The position numbers and the translations under genes were made by a program. Below are positions 56,367 through 63,070 of a stretch of DNA of 63,070 nucleotides, one piece after another. The notes below the pieces were generated by a model. The model made no database searches and was not told the DNA's origin. It was given only the letters and a program-made list of their open reading frames with translations. Position 1 is the first letter of the stretch, and each line of letters begins with the position of its first letter. This DNA is from a virus. Its lineage: Duplodnaviria; Caudoviricetes. The stretch lies in the IMG/VR virus record IMGVR_UViG_3300038492_000082, positions 1-63,070 of that record; one strand, given 5' to 3'.

Positions 56367-57152
56367 ATGTTCATTGACAACGAAGTAATTCGTTTCAAGA
56401 ACGGGGTGACGAATCGCTCGCAGGGAGATATCTTCAACTCGATGAAGGCTCCCGACCGAACGATTTTCTCGGAGTATTACAACGACTTCCTCGCGTTCAA
56501 TCGGGTCATCACGACCGAGCCGAACGGTACGATCGAGGGAGTGTGGAACACCGGGACTCTTTTTGGAACGGCCAATCAGGGCAGTATCCTCTATTTTGGG
56601 GGTACTCAGGGAGTCGGTGGACGGCTGCTCTGTCAGACCGGCGCTAACCTGAACGACGACCTCTCCATCGCGTATGGCGGACGTCCGTTCGCGTTCGCTC
56701 GGGATCGGCAGGCTTTCTTCAAGGCCATCATCAACCTCGCAAACGTCAACGAGCCGCTGGTCAACATCGGCGTTCGCGGCGGAGGCAACGATCAGTCGCC
56801 TCAGAGCGGAGCGTGGTGGGGCAAGCCTTCCGGCGTCGCAGCCTTCGATCTGAACATCGATCAGTTCGGTACGAGTCAGGCACTTGGGTTGACCAATCAG
56901 CCCACGATGGTGAATGACGACGACATCGAACTCTCGATGTACTACGACGGTGCTGACGGTCTGTGGGGTGGAATCAACGGCAATGCTCTCGGCAAGTTTG
57001 ATCTGACGGATCAGAACTTCCCGTACATGGACATCGCCGGCAACTTGATTCCGTTCATCTACATCCAGAACGGCAACGCGGCGTCTGAACGCATCGATCT
57101 CGACCTGATCTATTGGGCGACCGAGCGCATTCAGTTCGGCATTTCATTGTGA
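56367..57152 (+). CDS. Virion structural protein, paralog 2
   Basis: Shares N-terminal NGVTNR.Q.DIF..M and C-terminal D....A.ER with paralog 1. Confidence 0.6.
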   Translation: MFIDNEVIRFKNGVTNRSQGDIFNSMKAPDRTIFSEYYNDFLAFNRVITTEPNGTIEGVWNTGTLFGTANQGSILYFGGTQGVGGRLLCQTGANLNDDLSIAYGGRPFAFARDRQAFFKAIINLANVNEPLVNIGVRGGGNDQSPQSGAWWGKPSGVAAFDLNIDQFGTSQALGLTNQPTMVNDDDIELSMYYDGADGLWGGINGNALGKFDLTDQNFPYMDIAGNLIPFIYIQNGNAASERIDLDLIYWATERIQFGISL

Positions 57153-57162
57153 GGAGGCTGAC

Positions 57163-57489
57163 ATGAGACCAGTATTTCAGACAGTCACGGGTGTCGGCGT
57201 CTCACCTCCGATCCCGATCGATCAGTACCTCGGGTCAACGTCGATCGCAATCGCGTGCATCATCAGCGCGACGGCGACGTACACGGTTCAACACACGTTT
57301 GACGACGTGTTCGATCCGAACTTCAATCCGGCGACGGCGACTTGGTTCGACACGCCGGGATTCGACGGTCCCGAGACCACAAACCAAGACGGCACCATCG
57401 TGTCGCCTCCAGCGGCGGTCAGACTGAACGTGTCTGCCAGTACCGGGGACGTTCAGATCGTCGTCAGACAAGCGGGAGCAGTATCATGA
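57163..57489 (+). CDS. Small virion structural protein
   Basis: TYTVQHTFDD...ATWF...P.AVRL; GGAGG RBS. Confidence 0.6.
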   Translation: MRPVFQTVTGVGVSPPIPIDQYLGSTSIAIACIISATATYTVQHTFDDVFDPNFNPATATWFDTPGFDGPETTNQDGTIVSPPAAVRLNVSASTGDVQIVVRQAGAVS

Positions 57490-58073
57490 GTATAGGACAG
57501 CAAGGTCTTGGTCCTGCGAAGGACCTCAGTCCGGCGACGCTCGCTCTTCTCGCTGATCCGAAGAAGTTGGAGAAAACGCTTGCCTCGTTGCGCGAAGCAC
57601 AGAAGAAAGCGCAGGACGCCATCGAACTCGCCGGACCGGCGACGGAGATCGTCGCGATGCGCGCCGAGTGCGACGAGAAGCTCGCTGCGGCCGAGGAGAC
57701 TCTGGCCCAAGCGAAGGAGCAGGCGGAGGCTCTACTCGCGGATGCGCAGGGCGACGCTCAGCGCTACCGTGACAAGGGTCAGGAGGGCGTCAAACGAGCG
57801 GAGCAGGAAGCTGAGCGAATGCTCGCGGCAGCCGAGTCGGAGGCAAACAGCATCATCCAGCAAGCGCGGAATGCCGAGAAGAAGGTGGATGCGCAGTTGG
57901 TCGCAGTACGAGAACGTGAGAGTGCAGTGTCGGAGAAGGAGAACGACATGCTCGCACGGGAAGACGAGCTTGACAATCGTGCGTCAGAGCTTGAACAAGA
58001 ATCCGGCAGACTTCTTGAGGAGAAGACTAGACTCGCGGAATTGCGTGAGCACATCTCAAATACTGTGGGGTAG
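57486..58073 (+). CDS. Coiled-coil protein
   Basis: Long Ala/Glu/Lys heptad repeats; ATGA coupling. Confidence 0.6.
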   Translation: MSIGQQGLGPAKDLSPATLALLADPKKLEKTLASLREAQKKAQDAIELAGPATEIVAMRAECDEKLAAAEETLAQAKEQAEALLADAQGDAQRYRDKGQEGVKRAEQEAERMLAAAESEANSIIQQARNAEKKVDAQLVAVRERESAVSEKENDMLAREDELDNRASELEQESGRLLEEKTRLAELREHISNTVG

Positions 58074-58076
58074 CTC

Positions 58077-60107
58077 ATGCCAGGAAGCGCGATTGTATCG
58101 GGAAACGGCGTAGTCCTGATCGAGATCCCTGCCGGTGGCAACACCGGCGAGGTTCTCACCAAGCTGTCTAACGATGACTTCGACTTTGACTGGGCTCCGG
58201 GAGGAGGCGGCGGTGGAGCACCGACGAACGCGCAGTACGTCGTTCTCGCCGCGGATGCAACGCTCACGGACGAGCGCATCCTCACCGCTGGCGGTGGAAT
58301 CACCATCGTCGACGGAGGTGCCGGGAACCCTGTAACTGTAAGCGTAGACGCGGCGGCGATTGATCACAATGCGCTGCTGAACCTCGCCGTCGGAGACGTT
58401 CACACTCAGTACCTCCTGCTCGCTGGTCGGGCTGGAGGTCAGACTGCGTTTGGAGGAACGCTGGCCGGTAACCGACTGGTCCTCCAGGGCAGCACGAACG
58501 CGAACCTCGGCCTCGTCGAGTTTCAGTCTCCCGTCGTCATCGACAACCCCATAGCAGCGGGGGTCGCGCTGTCTCCGTACGCATTCTCGTACAATCCGAC
58601 TGAGACTTACGCGGCCGGATTCATCGGAGGTGCGTACAACGCCAGTCCTGCGATCACGTTCAATAACGCGCTGTTCATCTGGGAAGGATTGCGAGGAGCG
58701 CCGAACATTCTGTCCGGCGTTGCTCCTTCCTTCGCCGCGTTCACGTTGTTCCAGGCGCTGCCGACGCTGCGCACGGTCAACGCGCTGTCGCCGCTGAACA
58801 CGATTGTTCTGAACGGCGGTCCGTCGACTGCGCAGGAGGGCGGAGGCGTTGCTGCAACAACCGCAGCCGTCACGGTCATCAGTGCCACGCCTCAGACGAG
58901 AGCTACTGGCGCATTCGGTACGATGTCCGTCACGAACCAGATCGCTGTTCGGTGGGCACCGACATTCTCAACAGTCGGCACGTCTGTCGTAAACCTCGGT
59001 ACCATGATTGGCTTGGAGTTGCTTCAGCCAGCGGTCGCATTGTTCCAGCCCAGTCTCGGAACGGAGAACATGACGGCGTACTACGGCGTGAACATGGGCG
59101 CGGACTTCACGTTCGGTCCCGCAACTGCGCCGGTCAGCGTCGTTCGCAGTCTGCTGAACTCCGGAACGAACAAATACTTCTTGGATCATCTCGGCAACGC
59201 GCGCTCAAGACTGCGCGGTAATCTTGAGTTCGACGTGGACGTGTTCGGCGTCGTGTACGGCGCGAGCGGTGATTGGTCCGAGGGATGGGCTGCGACCGGG
59301 TTCAAGTTCGAGCAGCAAAACGGCGGCATCATCGGTCAGTTCCAGAAATCGTTCCCGGCGACGGATCGCATGTTGATGAACTGGACGGTGGATACCGAGT
59401 TGACCATCAACTGCGTGGAGGGTTTCTCGCTCGGCGCGCAATCCGGCGCGAATGGCAACCAGTTCGGCAACTTCGTCACGAGCGCCAGGACCATCGGCGT
59501 CGCCGGCGACTGGGCCGACTTCCTTCTTACCCAAGCGGGAAGTCTGACGGTCGGCGGTCTAGCGATGGGAAGAGTTAGCGCGTGGGTCATCAACCCTGTC
59601 AGCTACGCTAATTCAACAGGCAGCGTTGCGAACGCGGACACGTTGACGGTCGGTGGTTTCCCGACGAGCAGTCCCGGCGTGACAATTACGGAACGTCAAT
59701 CGCTGTTCGTCATTGCCGGAAGATCGCGTCACGCGGCAGTCATGTCGTTCGATCCTATCTCTCCGGCTACGTTGGCGGCTGGTGCGACGCAAGATTACGC
59801 TGGACTGTTGACCGGTACTGCGAACAACGGAATGCGACATCTCGCACGGTTGTCCGGTGACGGCGCGGGAACCAGCGCGCTCGGTGGAATCGACGCGACG
59901 TCGGCTCAGGACGGCGACACGTTCAAGCTGGTCAACGTATCGGCTAACAACGTGACGCTGAACCATCAGGACGTCGGTTCTGTCGCGGCCAATCGGATCA
60001 TCAGCCCCACGGGAGCGAACTTCGTGCTCGGTCCGGATGAGAGCTGCGAAATTTACTACGATGTCGCCGACACTCGGTGGCGCATACTATACGGATCAGG
60101 AGCATGA
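58077..60107 (+). CDS. Tail or capsid fibre-like protein
   Basis: GGNTGEVLTKLS..DFDFDW, ERILTAGGGITIVDG, HTQYLL..GR motifs; C-terminal YYD....RWR. Confidence 0.65.
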   Translation: MPGSAIVSGNGVVLIEIPAGGNTGEVLTKLSNDDFDFDWAPGGGGGGAPTNAQYVVLAADATLTDERILTAGGGITIVDGGAGNPVTVSVDAAAIDHNALLNLAVGDVHTQYLLLAGRAGGQTAFGGTLAGNRLVLQGSTNANLGLVEFQSPVVIDNPIAAGVALSPYAFSYNPTETYAAGFIGGAYNASPAITFNNALFIWEGLRGAPNILSGVAPSFAAFTLFQALPTLRTVNALSPLNTIVLNGGPSTAQEGGGVAATTAAVTVISATPQTRATGAFGTMSVTNQIAVRWAPTFSTVGTSVVNLGTMIGLELLQPAVALFQPSLGTENMTAYYGVNMGADFTFGPATAPVSVVRSLLNSGTNKYFLDHLGNARSRLRGNLEFDVDVFGVVYGASGDWSEGWAATGFKFEQQNGGIIGQFQKSFPATDRMLMNWTVDTELTINCVEGFSLGAQSGANGNQFGNFVTSARTIGVAGDWADFLLTQAGSLTVGGLAMGRVSAWVINPVSYANSTGSVANADTLTVGGFPTSSPGVTITERQSLFVIAGRSRHAAVMSFDPISPATLAAGATQDYAGLLTGTANNGMRHLARLSGDGAGTSALGGIDATSAQDGDTFKLVNVSANNVTLNHQDVGSVAANRIISPTGANFVLGPDESCEIYYDVADTRWRILYGSGA

Positions 60108-60613
60108 CGACATATACAGACGCCTGGAACGCAGGCATTGACGCGATAATCGCGGATCCCACGTTGAATCGTGGAGGGTTCGTTGATGCCATTCAAACGG
60201 TCATCACAATCAGGTTCAACAATGCGGCCGGGAATGCGTGGTGCGACGCTGTCGCCACGCTCTACCAGTCTTTGGGGTTGATCAACAATCCGACGTACGG
60301 AAATCTTCGCAACAAGATCGCAAATGACGGCGAGACGGTGGCGAAGGCGCTGTTCGCGGCGCTTGGCACGATCGCATCGTTCCCGGAAACTCAGGTTGCG
60401 ATTGACGCGTTGAGGCTGATCGATCTTCGTACTGAGCGAGACAACGTGGACGCGGCGCTCGCTAGACTCGACGTACTGATAGCGGCTGAACCGAATGGCG
60501 TGGTCGGCCGACAAGTGAAGGACGTGATGAGAGAGGGCAAGCGCAATCTCCGCACATACAAGCAACAGATTCGGGATCAAATCCGAGTCATCACGGGTGA
60601 TCCCGACAACTAG
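60104..60613 (+). CDS. Hypothetical protein
   Basis: AGGAG RBS; ATGA coupling to the fibre gene. Confidence 0.6.
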   Translation: MTTYTDAWNAGIDAIIADPTLNRGGFVDAIQTVITIRFNNAAGNAWCDAVATLYQSLGLINNPTYGNLRNKIANDGETVAKALFAALGTIASFPETQVAIDALRLIDLRTERDNVDAALARLDVLIAAEPNGVVGRQVKDVMREGKRNLRTYKQQIRDQIRVITGDPDN

Positions 60614-60623
60614 GAGGCAGAAG

Positions 60624-61208
60624 ATGAAGGGTTTCAAGCAAGGCGCGCAAACTCATCCTGGACTGGCTGAAGCTGGTGCGGCGATGGGCTTTGCAAAAGG
60701 CGGTCAGGTTAAGAAGGACGTCAGTAGCAACTTCAAGATGACGACCAAGCAAGCTGACACGATGGATCACGGCAACATGCCGGCGACCGAGGGTGACAGC
60801 GAGCAAGAGAAGGAAGCTGGCGGTCGCTCGAAGGTTCGTCCTGGATACAAGGAGGGCGGCAAGGTCGAGGGATACACTCGCTGCAACATGGGCGGGAAGG
60901 TCTGCTACAAGAAGGGCGGCAAGGTCTACATGATGAAGGGTGGAAAGATGGTTCCGTACTCCACTCACAAGCGTGCGGACAACTACCGAACCGGCGATCC
61001 TGGCGGCGGCAAAGCTGCGAAGAAGAACGCTGGCAAGGGCGTCGTCAAGAAGGCTCGCGGCGGACGCATTCACAAGACTCACGGCATGCCCGATCGCAGT
61101 CAGGGTGAGGGCGTCAAGGCTTCTGGTCGTGGCAGCAAGAACGTCGGCAAGGGCGGCGAGGTCGGAGCGCACAAGTACACGCACGACGGGAAGTCGTCGG
61201 GAAAGTAG
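60624..61208 (+). CDS. Basic Gly/Lys-rich protein with xxxGGxV repeats; predicted -1 frameshift extension to 61318
   Basis: AGGAGG RBS; FAKGGQV, YKEGGKV, YKKGGKV; ends G GGA AAG TAG. Confidence 0.7.
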   Translation: MKGFKQGAQTHPGLAEAGAAMGFAKGGQVKKDVSSNFKMTTKQADTMDHGNMPATEGDSEQEKEAGGRSKVRPGYKEGGKVEGYTRCNMGGKVCYKKGGKVYMMKGGKMVPYSTHKRADNYRTGDPGGGKAAKKNAGKGVVKKARGGRIHKTHGMPDRSQGEGVKASGRGSKNVGKGGEVGAHKYTHDGKSSGK

Positions 61209-61267
61209 CGAAGGCTCGGGGCGGTCCGGTCACTTCACGCGAGGTTGACCAAAAGATCGACCGAGCC
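61199..61267 (+). promoter_or_regulatory. Putative programmed -1 ribosomal frameshift signal
   Basis: In-frame slippery heptamer GGGAAAG, 7-nt spacer, hairpin GGCTCGG...CCGAGCC. Confidence 0.7.
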
Positions 61268-61318
61268 ATGACTCAACACGAGAAGGCGCGAAGACCACGA
61301 GGACACGGAGTAAGGTAG

Positions 61319-62404
61319 ATGGCAACATCAGGAACAGTAGGACAGACAGTCTTCGAGACTCGGAAGGTGATTGACCACGCCTTCCGAAGAGCGAAGCTGC
61401 CTCCGCAGGCGATAACGTCTGAGAACATCGACACGGCGCTGGATCTGTTGTTCCTGAACCTGTCGTCAATCGCTTCGTACGGAATCCCCCTCTGGGTGAT
61501 CGAGAAGACTATTCTCCCCATCTACAGAGGGCAGCGCAGCGTTCCACTTCCGATCGGCACGGTGGACGTCATGAACTTCAACATTCGTGACCTCAACCGA
61601 ACGCTCGGCGTGGCGAACACGGCAAGCGAAGGCATCCCGGACAATGCGTTCGACGGTGATCTCACGACGTCGGTAGTTCAGACCGTCGCTGGCGGATTCC
61701 TCCAAGTGGACTTCGGCGCCAACAACGCCGTTCAGGTAGACAACTACGGAATCTTCTTCACTCCGGCTGCAACCGAAACCTGGGACATTACGATTCAGGG
61801 ATCTCAGAATGGCATCGCGTTCACCGATCTGTATACCAATGCAGCGTTGAACGCGGTGCCGGGGGATTGGTTCTGGCTGGATCTGGAGGAGCAAGTTCCG
61901 TGGAGGTTCATCAGGCTCCAGGCGAACGGTACGACCATCTTGAATCTGGCGGAGTTCTTCCTCGGCAACACGGCGAACGAGATACCGATGCCGAAGATCA
62001 ACCGAGATGACTACTCGAATCTGCCGGACAAGACGTTCCTCTCTCGCCCGACTGAGTACTGGTTCGACAAGCAAGCGGTCGGTTCGGCACTGAACCAATC
62101 CATCGCGACGGTTTGGCCGATACCCGACACTGAGTTCACGTTCTTCCAGTACGTTCTGTACGTCAAGCGACAAATTCAGGACGTGGGAACTATGGTTCAG
62201 CAGATCGAGGTTCCTCAACGATGGTACAAATTCGTGATGGCGCAGTTGTCCGTGGACGTCTGTCGCGAGGTGCCGGAGGCTGACTACTCCAGGCTGGAGG
62301 AATTGAAGACGGATCTTCAGAACGAGGCCCGTATGGTATGGGCCGGAGAAGACGACGGTTCCATCACTCGTCTGCAACCACGAATTTCGGTGTACACGCG
62401 ATGA
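61319..62404 (+). CDS. Head-tail adaptor-like protein with inserted discoidin (F5/8 type C)-like domain
   Basis: MATSGT start, I.R.DY.NLP.K...RP...WF, WP.P, EVPQRWY; insert NAFDGD.TT...VDFG...IQGS.NG..FT...RFIRL. Confidence 0.7.
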   Translation: MATSGTVGQTVFETRKVIDHAFRRAKLPPQAITSENIDTALDLLFLNLSSIASYGIPLWVIEKTILPIYRGQRSVPLPIGTVDVMNFNIRDLNRTLGVANTASEGIPDNAFDGDLTTSVVQTVAGGFLQVDFGANNAVQVDNYGIFFTPAATETWDITIQGSQNGIAFTDLYTNAALNAVPGDWFWLDLEEQVPWRFIRLQANGTTILNLAEFFLGNTANEIPMPKINRDDYSNLPDKTFLSRPTEYWFDKQAVGSALNQSIATVWPIPDTEFTFFQYVLYVKRQIQDVGTMVQQIEVPQRWYKFVMAQLSVDVCREVPEADYSRLEELKTDLQNEARMVWAGEDDGSITRLQPRISVYTR

Positions 62405-62760
62405 GCTTATTCTTAGATCCATCGGGGAAAGCCACCTTCGGCATCGGCATCTGTGCGCGATGCAGTCGGAAGATGTTTCTCGAAGATTTGTACGACGATC
62501 CGAATGCGCCCGGTCTCAAGGTGTGCATCGACGATCTGGACGACTTCGACCCATATCGGCTCGCGGCTCGACCAACTGAGGACATCAATCTTCGGTTCGT
62601 TCGCCCGGACAGGCCAGTCGACGACGTCAGCGGGGATCCGTCGTTCTCAACCCTGTACGTCCGCGCCACTGGCGACGGTCAACTGCGCGTGACGCAGTCG
62701 GGATCGTTCAGGGAGATTCAACAAGCACTAGATGGCGGAACTCCGCCGTGGGAATTGTAA
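62401..62760 (+). CDS. Small virion-module protein with CxxC
   Basis: GICARCSRK...GLKVC..D.D..DPY.L...RPD. Confidence 0.65.
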   Translation: MSLFLDPSGKATFGIGICARCSRKMFLEDLYDDPNAPGLKVCIDDLDDFDPYRLAARPTEDINLRFVRPDRPVDDVSGDPSFSTLYVRATGDGQLRVTQSGSFREIQQALDGGTPPWEL

Positions 62761-62761
62761 T

Positions 62762-63051
62762 ATGAGTGTGAAAATCACAGATCTGGGACCGGTCACTCTG
62801 CCGCTGGCGGGGACTGAGCAGTTCGAGGTCGCCATCAGTGAGACGGAGAGTCGCCGACTTTCGGTGGCAGATCTTCTTGCTGCGGTCGGCGGTCTCGACG
62901 CAACGTTCGTCACCGTAACGGCGAATCCGAACCTTGCCAACGAGCGCGTTCTCACTGCGGGAAGCGGCATCACGATCGTGGACGGCGGAGCGGGAGGCGC
63001 GATCACCATCAACGCGGACGTTCCTCCGGCTGGCAACTTGCCCACGCCGAC
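62762..63051 (+). CDS. Tail fibre-like protein, 5' part (continues at position 108)
   Basis: MSVKITDL head-binding-type start; frame continuous with 1-2286. Confidence 0.75.
62945..63051. repeat. Terminal direct repeat, copy 2
   Basis: Identical to bases 1-107. Confidence 0.97.
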
Positions 63052-63053
63052 CC

Positions 63054-63070
63054 GATCGTGACTGGGAAAC
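63054..63070 (-). other. Library artefact: random-amplification (SISPA / Round A-B) primer tag
   Basis: GATCGTGACTGGGAAAC is the reverse complement of GTTTCCCAGTCACGATC; it begins where the terminal repeat breaks. Confidence 0.88.

Noticed and set aside
63052..63070. Terminal sequence as a phage end or att site
   Set aside because: It matches a random-PCR primer tag, so it is a library artefact.
1..63070. Prophage or lysogeny module, tRNAs, introns, inteins
   Set aside because: No integrase, CI-type repressor or host flanks; no cloverleaf noticed by eye; polymerase, terminase and helicases are uninterrupted. A tRNAscan/Infernal run is needed to be certain.

Overview
The window is an apparently complete, circular ~62.9 kb genome of a lytic tailed dsDNA phage (Caudoviricetes, podovirus-like gene set). 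Bases 1-107 repeat exactly at 62945-63051, and the last 17 nt are a random-amplification primer tag. There are two transcriptional arms. The + strand late arm runs from 42963 across the junction to 17912: terS, accessory genes, terL, portal, GroES, scaffold, major capsid, adaptors, tail fibres, lysis genes, tail tube and ejection proteins. The - strand early/middle arm runs from 42444 down to 18039: RHH regulator, primase-helicase, exonucleases, many small ORFs, SSB, family A DNA polymerase, Cas4-like nuclease, VRR-NUC, SNF2 helicase, a UDG-like protein and a thymidine-hypermodification cluster. I saw no integrase, tRNA or CRISPR array. A lipoprotein in the lysis cassette suggests a diderm host. 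Main points of interest: (1) a dUMP-hydroxymethylase-like / 5-hmdU DNA kinase / glycosyltransferase / Nmad1 operon with no recognisable amino acid:DNA transferase; (2) a -1 frameshift signal (G GGA AAG plus hairpin) in a basic virion-region gene; (3) a 21-nt element that is the RBS leader of early genes and recurs, as an anti-RBS, just upstream of terS; (4) a repeated xxxGGxV motif across likely packaged proteins; (5) an adjacent Gp49-family and RyR-domain pair, possibly anti-defence; (6) histone-like Lys-rich tails on unrelated proteins. All family calls come from motif recognition by eye, not from database searches.
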